Shown: positions 1-13,748, numbered from the stretch's first letter. The stretch is DNA of 64,000 nucleotides from Paraphysomonas bandaiensis (GCA_965644295.1 CBFFRP010000145.1:62001-126000), one strand, 5' to 3'. Notes: generated from the letters alone by a model not told the origin. Translations and numbers: made by a program.

Positions 1-1935
1 AAGCAGCCCTTTGTAATGGAGCGTATGACATCTGCCTCAAGATCTTTATCAGAGGCCGGCAGTGCTTTATCCCAGTCAGTTGGTGGTGATATGACTGGTA
101 CCCATCCACAACCAGTTAGCTGTGTGATTTCTAACGCTACTGCCCAGCCAGGTGTGTACGATACTATTAACTACATTTGTGTATATAACTTTTTTTCAGC
201 TGTTGGTGATAAATCAGAATCGCTATCGCTTAAAGCAACCGAGTTGTATCCCACTCATGCCCCCATCCGGAAGAGCAGCTCTGGTAGCATTGGTAGATAT
301 GAGCTGCCACCACGTAGCAGGAATTTTGGATCTAGCGATTCTGGTGTGTATCCCCCGTCATACGCCATCCAAGGCCAATATCCTCGACGAGGACCTGGCT
401 ACACTGAGGACTACAGTGAGGAAAATGCATCGCTAGACAAGCTGGGGAAGTCCAGCTGTGTACCATCCGAAGATAAAAGAAATACATATGGGCGGGGGTC
501 CCAAGTCCCGACCGAGTCTGCACTTGATTCCACCACTGGTGAAAGTGTAGGAACGAGCAAATCACTCCCAGAAAATGACACACTTCCAAGATATGAGCCA
601 GTTGATAAACCGATACGAAGCGGCGATAGCTACGCGTCAGGTTTCATTGTACCGGCGCCACATCCGCGCTGCACGTTGTCGGAGTTTGGAGGAGGACTCT
701 CATCCTTGTTGACAAAAGAAATCTTATCCTTTGTGGCTAAAATCGACATGTTTGATGCCAAGTGGCACAGGTTAGTGAATTCATTTGTACGGGTATCGAA
801 ATTTCATTTTGTATTTCAGGTATAAATCACAAGCAATCGAACGAATGCGTCAGGCTGTGCAGAGTTTGTGGCCACGTGCTCAGGTGTGCTATCATGAATC
901 GGTTGATATATATTTATCCTTTCTTTGTCAAAAAAGAGATCTCAATGAATAATTAATTGTATTGTGGTATAGGTGAAAGCCTTTGGGTCATTTGTATCCG
1001 GCCTTTCTTTGCCCACGAGTGACCTAGATCTCGTCATCTGTCTTCCCAAAGTGCACCGCGAAGCGGGACCAGAGGCAGCGGGTTTTCTTGAGGGCCGAAA
1101 TGCCATCAAAGAAACATGGCAACAGAATTTAGCGAGATGTTTACGCAAGGAGGCTTGGGTAGACGTATCGTCTATTAAAGTTATTACCAATACTGCAGTT
1201 CCTGTTATAAAGCTCAGAACCCTCTCTGAGGCGGGATACTGCGTTCCACTGGATGTTTCTTTCGAAGGCACTATTCACCAAGGCCTAGAAGCGAATAAGA
1301 TGAATGTCTCGTTGATGACAGAGTACCCATCGCTTAGACCGATAGTTCTGGTGCTGAAGCAGTTTTTATCTAAGAGAGGTTTATGTGAAGCATTTACTGG
1401 TGGACTCTCGTCTTATGCTATTCTCCTTATCACCGCACGTTTTTTGCAAGAACAACCGCCAAGTATTCCGTTGGACATCGGTGCGACTTTGTTGGGTGTG
1501 CTCGACTTCTATGGGAATCATCTGCAACCCGCTGTGACCGGTATCAGTGTTGGTAAGCGGTGCTACTTCTCGCGCTGTGATAATGATAACAACTCGACTT
1601 TCTCTCAATGTCCTCCTCTTCCTCCTTTGCCACATACAATGGCTATGTCTGGGGTCACTGCGATGGCACGTCGGCATTCATACAACCACCACATGCACAC
1701 GGCATTTGTGAATGCTGCTGGAACGAATGGGGCTTCGTACAAGCCATATAAGTTCGATCCTTTGTTCATTGAAGACCCATTAGCATATGGAAACAATGTA
1801 GGTAGGAATTGCTTTCGAATACATCAGGTGCAACGTCTCTGGAGCGATGCCTACGGTGCGTTGATAGAGAAAATTTGTATAATGGAGTCTGGGTCGGAAC
1901 CAATAAGTCTTCTGGATATTCTGGTTGGCGATTAG
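1..1935 (+). CDS. Non-canonical poly(A) polymerase / terminal nucleotidyltransferase (Trf4/PAPD5/TENT4-like), 5'-truncated, multi-exon
   Basis: Pol-beta NTase motif FGSFVSGLSLPTSDLDL, LDVSF, TGGLSSY and PAP-associated motif LFIEDPL...NNVGRNCF in the 973-1935 exon. Predicted introns at about 771-819 and 884-972. Confidence 0.88.
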
Positions 1936-3286
1936 TTGTTACTATGAAGTAGATGTTGTATCATAGCAACATAGCAACAGTATATATAGATATTTTTTAA
2001 CTTGTAGTGAGAGTATCATTTATGGTGTGGTAATGTTGAGATATTGATGTATGTGGAGCATGGTGTCATCATACACTTTATTTTGAGTGGTTTTGTACTA
2101 TTTATCTTGTATTGTAAATAGTGATTACAATATTCTCTTCACGATATGGCTTCAATTTTCTTGTTAGCCTGAACTAAAATTCATGCACACCCATGCTTGT
2201 CATTTGTGCTGCGAACAATATCATTTATACTGTAATCGACGTATTTACGCACACACATCGACGATGAAACATTAGCAAAATTGGAAAAAATTCCTTACTT
2301 ATGGATATTTATTTATATTTTAGTTATAAAAGTATTTATTATGTAGAAGGCAAATGTGGAGCTTGGCGGAATGGGTGAGAAACGAGAAGGAAATGTTTCC
2401 GAATTTGCTAAAGGGTTTACCAACAAACTAAAAACAACCAGCATGACAATCTAAATAATTGTTCTCGTTTACTCAATGGAATTCAAAACATCTTGATGCG
2501 AGAAAAGATCACACTGTCACTGTTAAAGTATCATACTTGGCTTATTTATGTAATATGATAATCGAATAGTTATAAATGGAAGAATTAGTGGTCATCTATG
2601 AGTGACGGGACACGAATCTGAAATTATTGGCGGGTTCATGGATTGACACACACACAATTTTGCCCAGGATTGAACCTTTGCGCAAAAAGTTCAAGACATT
2701 TTCACATTTTTGGCTTTCTGTCTCACCGATGTTCGGAATGTTAAATAAATATTAAGCAATGGATCCAGCAGATTCCCCTGACCCTTATACCCTTTTCCTT
2801 ATCACCCTACCCAGCTTCCAATAGCGGCTTCCACATTTTCATAGCCATCTGGCTGAGCTGCTCACTGTCTATTGGCAAAGACCTCTCCTGACGATACATA
2901 GCGTCAAGCTCTGTTTCCGGACACATATCTTCGAAGTAGGCTTCATTTCTTTCCTCCAGCATTGGCATGGAACACTCATGGAAGATCTGCAATCTGCGCA
3001 GATGGGCTGTAGACAGATAACGCACACGTTCTCCATGTGTATGACAGGCCTTTGAAAACCCTCAGTCTTAAGTGTCTTAAATACATAGCGGAAAAAATCC
3101 TTCTGTATGTTTGTGCTTTGTGCGTTATTTTCGTCTGTGTAAAAGATGTCTGCTGCATTGACTTGCTTGGAACGAAGTATCCTCTCTGTGCTGTGTCCAG
3201 TGGAACTTAACATCATACTTGTGTGAAGATATTGACCCGTCGTCACTGATGTAGATATTGAAGGTAGATTAAATTTCAATATTTTA

Positions 3287-4357
3287 ATGGAAAACATAAA
3301 TGTCAGTAGAATTACTACAACCTTGGCAAGTGTGATGATATATTCTGACCAACATCACGCAATGTGCATTCATAATAATAAAGTTTCTGAGAAAAAGTTT
3401 GGTAGTGAAACCTATCCACACCTGCATGAGTGGAAGAAGAAACCCCATCATTGGATTCATGGCCACATGGAATACAAATGCTCCAGTCCACCAAAGCACA
3501 TGCTAAAAACGCTATTTCTTCAGTGAGCGGGACGCTACTCTGTACATTACATTTTTAGAGGGACGGACAACACAAATAACATCCATACTGATATATATAA
3601 CATTTTGGCAAGACTCACTAGCATTTGGGGATTGTAGCCGTGATATTTTAGTTCACAGGGGATTTCGTGAGGCATACCTTGCTTTGCAATCTGATCTGCA
3701 AAAGAGATTTCTAGCCCACATAAAAAAGGGGATAAAGTAATAGAGAATGTTGCTGTCTGTGGCCACAGTCTGCTGGGTGGGGCGATAGCCTCTCTTGCAG
3801 CTCTTGACTTTTTTACTATCACGTTATGGTATTGAAGTCATCATATTTCATTTTTATACACATTCGGGGCTCCTGCCGTGGGAAACACAAAATATTGCAA
3901 CTTTTTTAATGCTCATGTGAAAGGTATTAGAAAACTCTATGCCAATATGGCTGACGTGGTACCCCGATCGCTGGATGCTTCTCATGGCTTCAGTCAAAAA
4001 ATACTCCTACTGTTGAAAACGATGAATGTAAATATAAATACTAGTTCATCTGAAGCATCAACAATATCATCAACATCAACGTTAACCATGCCTATATCTC
4101 AAGGGTTAGTGCAGGATCCATATTGCCACACCTCAGCAGATATCACTGTGCTCGATAGTACGATGAAAGTCTCTGTTGATGCTGCCAAATTACTCCTCGC
4201 AGATAGACTGAGTGGCCGTACACTCCCCAAGTTTTTCCAGGAGAGTCACATTATGATTACATATATCGACAACAACATGGAAATGGATCTATCGGGGAAA
4301 TGTCTGTCGTTGAAACAATTCAGAATGACATTGTTGCGCAATGTAGTGAACTTTTAG
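3287..4357 (+). pseudogene. Decayed class-3 lipase (Lipase_3)
   Basis: Remnant motifs FRGTDNTNNIHTD (~3554), AVCGHSLLGGAIASLAA (~3752-3805; GHSLGG with an extra Leu) and LYTFGAPAVGN (~3853-3886), separated by frameshifts and stop codons. Confidence 0.7.
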
Positions 4358-4864
4358 GCGTACCGGCCAGCAACACACCGGACAGTGGAGATGGGGTCTC
4401 CGTCGTGCCAGGGGGGGAGAGTGCTGGTATATTCAGGGAATCTCTGAAATGCTAGGATCTATATCGAATGGTCTCACAGCATTAGCCGGAGTGAGTTTGT
4501 TGTCGACCGCTGTAACAAATTATTATCATAATATTTACTATGTCCGAAAAGCATTATCGCATAAAATGAAAGCAATGGAAAAATCCATACAAGACAATAT
4601 TAATGAAGCAACGGCCTTGCTGAGATCTCGTATGACAAGTGCAATAATGTTCGTTCGAATTCTCCGTTTTAGTCGAAGAAAGTAGACTCTATATGGTTGA
4701 GATGTTTATTAGAGCCAACGGGATATAGGTGATGTGGCTCTAAGACGAAAGCAGCTGGCGGTATTGAACCCACTGCACACACAGTCTTGCTACTGCTACG
4801 TATAGGGTCGTAGATATATTACAACGGGGCTATACATAGAGAGCAAGCCATAGCACTTTCCGAA

Positions 4865-6030
4865 ATGGCAGCAGCTGTATTCCAGATTATCGGTCACGGT
4901 AGTGTGGGTAGCAGCGAAGTGCAATGGACTTCTCTGGTTCGCACGAGTAAGATGATTTTCCACCCGAATACATACACTGTAGCAACTGGAGATAATGTGA
5001 TGAAGTGGTGGGAGATAGAGAGAGCACACCTACATATATATATGCAATTCGCCATTCAATACGGCATTCGAAGATCGCTGCCTCTGGCTCTGCGCCTTCT
5101 TAAGGTGACCTTGGTATCTTTTACAGGTGAGGAGGAAGGAGAGGAGGAGGGAGAAGAGGGAGAGGATGATGGTTTTGTGACCGTGTGGTTTTCCAGCTAC
5201 ACTAAAGATTTTCATCCGGAGCAGCTTCTACTGAATCTTCTATTAGTCCAGTTTTCTGCCAGTGAAGTGCAACAATTTGTGATGAAAGTACTAACGCAAG
5301 AAGATGTGCTTCTGGCATGCAGAGCATATCACTTTTTCTATAGCTACAAATACCGACGCCACGGATATGTACTTGCGCACATGATTACTGTTTTCAGACA
5401 GGCAATATCCTGCATCGATGACACGGTGCTGCAAGCCCTGTATTGTGCCATGTTACAATCTTCTATGCCCATATGTGTTGTAGATGCCTTACTTTTAGTT
5501 ATTTGGATCGACATAGAAAAGAAGGGTGCTACACTTCTGCGCAACGCGCTGGTATTCATAGCAGGAACACATTTATTCGCACTTTCGAGGGGGAATATGA
5601 AGGAAAGTATGTCCTGCAAACAGATGAAGAGATGCAAAGGAAAGGGTCTCCGTTGTATAGGAAGCATGGATACGGTCAAATGGCGTACAGAAACAGTGAT
5701 GTGTATACGGGCAACTGGGTAGAAAATATGCGCTGCGGGGAGGGGGAATATCGTTCGTCCAAAGTACGAGCTCAAATACCATGCCTCCATGACACCAATG
5801 GGATCATATATAGGGGCTCGTGGGAACGGGACAAAAGGAATGGTAAAGGAACCATGATTTTGTCTGATTGGTCTGTGCGCACGAGGGTGTGGTCCAATGA
5901 TGAATTTCCCTCTCTATACTTCTGTTGCTGTGTTAAGATTTTCATGGTTGAGTTGCAGTGTAGTGTCCGCTACAGTATGCCGTTTAGTTATAACAGTCCT
6001 AATTTCTATGTGGAATGTTATAGTTACTAA
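4865..6030 (+). CDS. MORN-repeat-containing protein (two ORFs joined by a predicted intron; 5' end uncertain)
   Basis: MORN repeats KHGYGQMAYRNSDVYTGNWVENMRCGEGEY and YRGSWERDKRNGKGTM. A phase-2 GT..AG intron at 5440-5498 fuses ORFs 4865-5722 and 5443-6030 in frame. Confidence 0.6.
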
Positions 6031-6657
6031 AGCTCTGTAGTAGCATGATAGCTTCTCATGATACTCCTGGCCGTACGTAGAGGCCATAGATTTACAGTAT
6101 ATAGCCAATACACTCTTCTGACACTTCGCATTCTCGTACCACTGGGGTACAATGAAATAAAACAATAGCCTAACGCCAAGACGTTACAAGCTCATCTCCT
6201 CCTTATCATAATATATCCTACTTCTTAATTCATAGGTTCAGTTATAATAATAATTGTACCATTTCAAACATATAATACGTACAAGCATAAGCATATACAA
6301 TAGAGAAATAATAGTATAAAATACCCACATAACTTATAATTACATAATGACTAACAATTTTCTGTGTGGAATAAAGTGCGAAACACGTCATCAGCTTAAT
6401 TTCAACTCAAGAAAATTAGTTCTTTTCATAGCAACTAGTCGAATAAAATGAAGCGGATATGAAAAAATAGACAGTATTAGTTCGACTTCCACAACTTGGA
6501 AGTGCATGCGTAATCACCAACAAATGTTACGTTGGTGCTAACTATTCGTGATTGTGGAGCACAATACAACCCAACAGGTACTCTCACCATATCAACAATA
6601 TAATATTAAGTCAATAAACACGATATACTACACTAAACGAATGGAATATGTGCTACA

Positions 6658-7227
6658 TCATTCAGCTATTACTAACACAGGTTCAGCATCATCACCTGTT
6701 GACCAATTCAATACGTGGCGGCGTGTAAAGATAGGAAATACAAGAGGGAGTATACGGTACGACTCATTGAATAGCCAATAAGTAGCCATGCGTGTAATGG
6801 GGTAAACGGGATAGTTATGCAGTAGCGGTGACGAAACTCTGTGCATATCCATCACTTCTCTTATGAAACGATTCCACTCTAGTTCCACAGTCATGTCCCT
6901 ACCACCCCACACACGCATAAGCACACCCTGTGTATCCATATCCATGTGCAGTGTACGTGTGGGCGTATCCATATCCTGTGTATGTATATTCATACCCTGC
7001 TGTGTTTGTGTGTGTGTATCTATATCCATTTCCTGTGTATGAGTGGGTGTATGTGTATCCATATCCATCATATTAATATGCATATCGTCACTATGACGCA
7101 CTCTCTTCATGGGGTTATTCTCCTTTATACATATATCCACATGAACCCACCTCCTCTTAACAACCCTCACACCGACATTCACACCCACGGAGCATCCCCG
7201 CACAAACAACTCTCGCTCTATGTTCAT
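6658..7227 (-). CDS. Hypothetical protein with degenerate DMDTHT repeats (possibly a terminal exon)
   Basis: 189-codon ORF with a low-complexity M/D/T/H middle and a more complex C-terminal part. No family recognised. Confidence 0.3.
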   Translation of the reverse strand: MNIERELFVRGCSVGVNVGVRVVKRRWVHVDICIKENNPMKRVRHSDDMHINMMDMDTHTPTHTQEMDIDTHTQTQQGMNIHTQDMDTPTRTLHMDMDTQGVLMRVWGGRDMTVELEWNRFIREVMDMHRVSSPLLHNYPVYPITRMATYWLFNESYRILPLVFPIFTRRHVLNWSTGDDAEPVLVIAE

Positions 7228-7690
7228 CTCCTGACCTTCCCTCGTGCAGGATGTGATTAGTATGTAGGTTTACCCCCATACACAGACCACAGACCAGCTA
7301 CACCATCCTCCACATGACTCACAAGTCATATGAACAGTCCTGCAAGAGTAGCAAGTCACTTCCTCTCTCTCCATTGCTTCTGATTGGACAAACAGCACAT
7401 CTTTGTTCACTTTTTTTGTTGGACTTCCTTCGTTCTGAATCAAGCAAATCATATATAGTCAAAATGAAATAATTGGCTATAAATGATTGTATGAGATTTA
7501 GCAGTGGGAGTAAAATTCAGTCACTTCAAAAAGAAGGATTCTGATGCTGATCCAGAACACATGCATACACAGTGCCGTATGGGCTTGAGAACTCACAGAG
7601 CGCTGTGAGCATCACAATTCGAAGTACAACTACAAACAACACAAACACGAGCGAATTACAGACTAACTGCTGGAAACCACACCATATATA

Positions 7691-8111
7691 ATGATCCTAG
7701 CGAGCCGATTAAGACATACAGTGAGACGTGATCTCTTCTCCGTTCAGAAGAATCACTTCTTTAAGTATATTTTTGCGAATCCGAACATAAGCTCTCAGAC
7801 AGAGTATCAGGTCACTAAGTGGCACAACACCGAAGGAGGGTATTTAAAGCCTGGAAGTACTCTGTGCGATATCACAACAAATAACACGAGTATTGGAGTG
7901 ATGGTAAGATGTGATTGCAGTAGTTTGATTCTATAACGCTATACAGGTACAAGAGGGTGGTGTTCTGGCAAAGGTTTTGGTTAAAGAAGGTGACCGAGCC
8001 AAATCCGGTGACCCCATTGGAATTCGAGTTGATGATGAAGCTGATTACGACGAGTTTTTGAAGCTTTCACCAAGCGATTATTCCGATTATGCACAGTTTT
8101 CCAAAACTTAA
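7691..8111 (+). CDS. Stand-alone biotinyl/lipoyl-like domain protein, probably mitochondrial; 2 exons
   Basis: Exons 7691-7903 and 7947-8111, intron gtaag..acag. Pattern PNISSQTEYQVTKW..EGGYLKPGSTLCDITT...EGGVLAKVLVKEG...GDPIGIRVDDEAD parallels PDH E2 lipoyl domains. N-terminus is Arg-rich and presequence-like. Confidence 0.75.
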
Positions 8112-9679
8112 GCATGTCATAGTTGACTACGAAATATCAATGCACCACTTGTTTTGTATTTCTTCTTCGTTTCTGAGTTACTGATTCTGATTTTTATTTT
8201 GATACTTCTGATTCAGTATTTTGTTCCGATTAGGAGTAACTACTTTACCACAGAACAAATGCCGATCAAGTAAATAACACGATACATTTGAATGAACATC
8301 GAAGTTGGGTTGAAGTCGTAATTAGATATTTGAAAGTGACGCTACAGTGTACAGTATCAACCCTGGTATCGAGACAGTCAAATTTAATATTTTTGACACT
8401 AATACATGTCGCATTAATAGCGCGTGCCTATACATACTACAACTTCTATACTTTATTTCCTTTAGCTTAAGATATATCACTAGTCACAACAGTCATTTGT
8501 TGGAGATACAAATTAGCGGTATGAGATAATCACATATCAGACAGTAAAATAGTGCCAAACCATTTTGATATCTATTGTCATCAGGATAACAGCAGGGGTC
8601 ATATACTATTTCAGTCCATATTACCAATATCATTCTTCACAGCTGAAAAGAGAAAGGGTTAGTTAACTGCAGTATGAATTGATTATATTCGTTGTATAAC
8701 CCAGGTGTAAGATCTTTAATGTAGTATTATTACTAGAGATATCACCATCTTGACATGTTAATCGAAAAAGTCACACGCAATTTAGTATCAAATTTCTGTA
8801 AATATATACCTCTCAGACGCTGACTGAGGACTAACGAAATATAATCCCTCGAAAAGTGTCAATGCCGTATAAACTACAACGTGCTATCAATAAGCAAGAT
8901 GCAATTATGCCCTACTGTGACAACCTGGAATAGTAATGTCGATACAGTTAGTGTAAGTACTGAACTAAAGCAGTGACGTTTCATAAAGACGCTGACAGCT
9001 CCATTTTGGTGTTATAAAGAAATTCATACCGTTAAATTATGATACTATCATAATAACCGAGTGGCAAAACTAAGTTAAAATCCGGTAAGGTCTTCACCTA
9101 AGCACTCCAAGTCTACCATGCCAACAAATACAATTGTGACATGCACCTCCTTGTTCAACCTCCTCGTTGACATATTAGTTTACTCTCAATAAGGACGGAT
9201 ATTTAAAAGCTCCAAACTTCAGAACTTCCAGATCTTTGTAACCAACCTTGATTCCAAATTGATTCCATAACGCACGTATCTTATGATCATTTTGCATCAC
9301 TCATTTATTACTCCTGAAACAAGTATATAACATAGCTACTGTTCGCATCCACCTGCAAATATATGTAATTATCATGGATAGCTATATATGTAGGAATTCC
9401 AACATGCTATCTGCTTAATATACAGCAGCATGTAGATACGGTATTTCCACCATACGGACACCCACCCTGATAATAAGAGATATGTATTGGATATGCTCAT
9501 GATGTAACGGTATTTATATATGAGAATACACTCTGTATGCTACTGTACATATATGCATGCTGTAGATACCACTGCACATCAGTCCCATCACATTACCACC
9601 TCACCGCTATGATACAGCGAGACCCAGCCATTATTGTAATGATTTAGTTATTCTCTCGCTCCTGGAGTTGTGAGTGGCT

Positions 9680-12632
9680 ATGCGTTCAAGTGTCCCTGTG
9701 ACTCTGATCCGATTAGTCGTTAGTCTCTCTGCGGTGTTCTCAATCTCATCCGAATCATATCCATCTCTGGATGGGTATCCAGCGACAGGTGATATCACGT
9801 CTCTCTTCAGAAGCAGCATTAGATATCGCTCTTATGCGGAGTCTGAACTTGTAGAGAAGCACGAACAGCTTTTCTCCGCTATTCGCAACAGCGCTGACGG
9901 CGACGACAGTATCTTCGTGTTAAAGTACAAAAAGCAATGTGGCCAGTACTGCCATGATAAAGTCTTAGAGGAGACACGTCTGAATGGGAACCATCCCTAC
10001 AGAGTGCTTGATTCTAGCCATGGGCTAATACATAGTTCGTATAACTTTGCCAGCTCCTTATCTAAGAAACTTATAGATGTTGTATTGGACTTTATTCCGA
10101 TGCTACCAGAAATAAAGATCGAAGAAGACGTTTATTCGAGTGTATATTGCACGGAAAATTCATCATATATAGAGTTGCATGTAACGGCTTTATCTTCACA
10201 ACGTAAAGATTTGCGAGAGTTTGCTAGGATATGCACCGACATCGTCTTTCAAACAGACTCTACGGTGGAGCACACATGCGTAATAAGAATTACTTGTGGT
10301 GAACTTAATACGACCGTTAATGCCATAGCATCCCTACCATTTGTTCAATGGATAGAGCTACGACCAAAAGTAAATGTGCATACAATGTGGGCAAATGGCG
10401 TCACCCAGTCTGGCGATGATAGGATACCAATCCTTCATATAGCAAACTTTTCAGGGACTGGTGATATCATTGGTATTGCGGATACAGGAATTGATCAATT
10501 TTCTTGCTTTTTTTATGATGAGGATGTACCTTTTCCTTATGATAAGCATGACCCTTCACACCGAAAAGTTGTCTACTACGAAACTTATGTGGACGATGAG
10601 GACGGCGACGGACATGGCACATACGTTGCTGGTACTGCTGCTGGGAAACCAGTTGATGGAAATGCACAAGAAGATTATCTTGGTGCTGCCTTTAATAGTA
10701 AAATTGCATTCTTTGATATTGGGGACTCAAGTGGGGCTCTTAAATTGCCATCAAACATCAATACAGGCCTTTTTGAACACCTGTACGACGTCGGTGCAAA
10801 AATACAGAGCATGTCGTGGGGTTCGTCATCGAATAAGTACACCACTGATGCAAGGTATGATGTATGTCAGTGAAGCGTTAAGAGTATAATACCAATAAGT
10901 ACTTAGTGATGTGTTCTTGCGGTGTATAGTACTATTGCCATTGTATGACTGAATTTTATTGTTAGCCGATCAGAAACTGATATTGTCAATTATGGTGTAG
11001 GAATGTGGATGTGTTCATGTGGAATAATCCCGACGCCCTGATACTTGTCGCAGCTGGAAACTCTGGTGACCTTGGTCCCAACTCCGTGGGGTCTCCAGCA
11101 ACGAGTAAGAACTGTATTGCGGTAGGAGCCAGCTTGAACTCCCATACCAGTTGGGAATCTTATGGCGTGGACACGGATGAGTATTCGTCTTTCGGTCAAG
11201 ACTCTTTAGCTTTTTTCTCTTCCCGAGGCCCAACTTCGGATGGGCGACTAAAGCCCGATTTATGTGCAGTCGGTAGGTATAAATGAAACTTATCTGATTA
11301 GACTTGTTTTGTGTCTTTAATCTTAAGTAGTATGCCACTTTGTTGGTTTTACCTTGTGATACATATAACCGTTTCATTACCTTACTGCTCATGCCCACTG
11401 CTTGTAGGTTGGTATATTGCTACGGCGGCTAGTAAATATCCTTCCAATGGGAAGGAACACTGTCGAACCTCTGCAACCCAAGGCACTTCATTCTCTAGCC
11501 CTCTCTTAGGGGGGACCGCAGTACTTGTGAGGGAGTACTTTCTTTCCGGGTACTATCCCTCAGGATTTCGAAACCCAAGTGATGGTTTTACGCCTTCGGG
11601 TGCGCTCATTAAGGCGCTACTTATCAACAGTGCGAGGGAACTTGATACTATTCAGAATGGTGATGGGTCGACGGAGAAGACATCATTAGGAGATGATAAC
11701 CAGGGCTATGGTAGAGTACAGATTAACCGAGGACTATCTTTCTCAGTCAATGCAACTCGAGAAGGTATTTGTGTAGCGCGTTGTTTCAAAAACTAACCAT
11801 AGTAGTGCTGTTACGACCGCAGACATGGTTTTACATATGCTATGTTTGTGTTCTAAGTTACACTTAGGACTGACGTTCTTCGTTATGGGTGCGGCTGATA
11901 GTGGGAGTGAGCATTACGCTGAACTATCTGACGGTGACAGTCCTCATGAATATACCTTCACAACTATGGATTCTGCTGACGTCAGTCCAGTGCGTGTCAC
12001 ACTAGCTTACACGGTAAGACTGCACAATATGTATGTAATCTGAATGGTTGCAAGTCTCCGTATAGAGTCAGCCGTACACCGCAACTCGATATACTAGCGA
12101 TGCTGATTCAGCAAATGTGTGCTTAGATATGCATTTATGTGTACAGGACTTTTATGGAACAGTTGGTGCTGCTAAGGCATTGGTAAACGATTTGGACCTA
12201 AGACTCTTCAATGACACACACTCGTTCTACCCTATGATAACTAATGAAGATGGAAAGTATGATAGGATAAATAATGTTGAGGTGATTGTCCTGAGTAGAC
12301 CTGCACGCAACGCGACATATACTGTGACAGTAACTCCCCATTCTATATCGCGCACTCAGCCGTACGCTCTTGTCATCACCGGAGAAATTGGAAGAATCGA
12401 CTATTCACTGCCTGACGACAATTATTTTTTATATATTTTAGGGGCACTACTGGTTATAATCATCGCTGCCTCTGTAGTTGTAGTGTGTATATGTGTTTCT
12501 TCTCACAGAAAGAGACAGAAAGAAAAGGCCGCTAGAGTAGGGACAGAAATTTCTGGTACGAAGAATGTTCGACAGCAGAATACATCAATTCCTATGAATG
12601 TCGGACCTTCTGAACCTGAGATAATTCTTTGA
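9680..12632 (+). CDS. Subtilisin-like S8 serine protease (KP-43/TagC-like) with signal peptide and C-terminal transmembrane helix; multi-exon
   Basis: Catalytic motifs [22 protein letters not shown] and GTSFSSP, plus [28 protein letters not shown] and NNVEVI. C-terminal hydrophobic stretch followed by basic residues. Confidence 0.92.
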
Positions 12633-12944
12633 AGCGTACTTTTTTGTGTTATTATATACATTTCTTATATGATGGGGCGTTGATGCAGACAGGCGACGTC
12701 GACAATATAATATTGCCAATTGATGTGTATAATCTATTGGTTTATTAGGAATGTGCTATTCCATCTCATATTTAGTCACACTTGAGCAAATGGTCCGATC
12801 TCAATTAAATTGTAGTTTTTATGGTGTAAAAATCAATGATGTTTGACACTTTAATAAGCTTATTTTTTTTATTAGTCAGCATTATATTGAATATACCCTC
12901 TACGAAGTTTGATTGGCACTTTTTGTGATGTTCTGGGGGATGAC

Positions 12945-13260
12945 AAAGACGTCTACGCAAGTGAAACTAGTTAGTGTCCCTTGTTCCGCACAAGTATTTG
13001 GCTATGAGTGGGCAGAACAATATCTGCTGACTTTATATGATATATGCGGGAGTATATGATATATTCCTGGGTACTTATCCCCCACATGACACCACGAAAA
13101 GGTGCGAGTCTGACTTTGTTGAGGGTTTGAATTATATACAAACATTCTGATTGCTCTTGCATTTGCTTTTTATAGAGGGGATTGTTGCTCCTTGGTGCTT
13201 GCAGCGACGCACAAATAGTTCTCGTAGCTCTAAATAGTAGATTCGTAGCACTAGTTTTCA
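12945..13260 (+). repeat. Dispersed repeat, copy A (module X forward + module Y forward)
   Basis: 12945-13125 is the inverted match of ~13425-13610 and the direct match of ~29460-29605. 13191-13255 matches 13672-13746 and 43224-43291. Confidence 0.8.
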
Positions 13261-13424
13261 TTAGATTATTTCAATTTAGTAGCTCATTGCTTACACGTCC
13301 ACTGTTAATTGTTAATAATAAGGCATTGAATATATGGGCAGTGCTATAAGCAGCAAAAACGTATAAAATAATATCTACTGAAATTTGTTCAGAAATAATG
13401 AAGAAATAGTACATACGTACATAC

Positions 13425-13748
13425 ACCTCCAACAAAGTCAGACTTGCACCTTCTCGTAGTTATGGGGGATAAGTACCAGATTCCCCGGGAAGCTAACGTG
13501 AGTCGCGTATATAGTATGCAGATATTGTTCTGCCCACTCATAGCCAAATGCTTGTGTGGTACAAGGGACACTAACTAGTGTCACTTGCGTAGATGTCTTT
13601 GGGCCTTGACGAATAAACAGGCATCCGGGATATTGGGCTGCCTTAAGGACAGAGAGCGATAGTGGTTGCACCTTGATGCTTGCGGTGGCGCACAAGCAGC
13701 TTTCGTAGCACAAAATAGTAGGATACCAGAGTTGAGCACTAGCTAGTT
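13425..13748. repeat. Dispersed repeat, copy B (module X reversed + module Y forward)
   Basis: Reverse complement of ggctatgagtgggcagaacaatatctgc and of aaggtgcgagtctgactttgttg, followed by the gcttgcgg..cgcacaagc module. Confidence 0.8.

Noticed and set aside
2807-3297. Cys-rich minus-strand ORFs (CVIC..CADC..CQC) as a zinc-finger gene
   Set aside because: Short overlapping frames with no complete recognisable domain. May be a remnant but cannot be supported.
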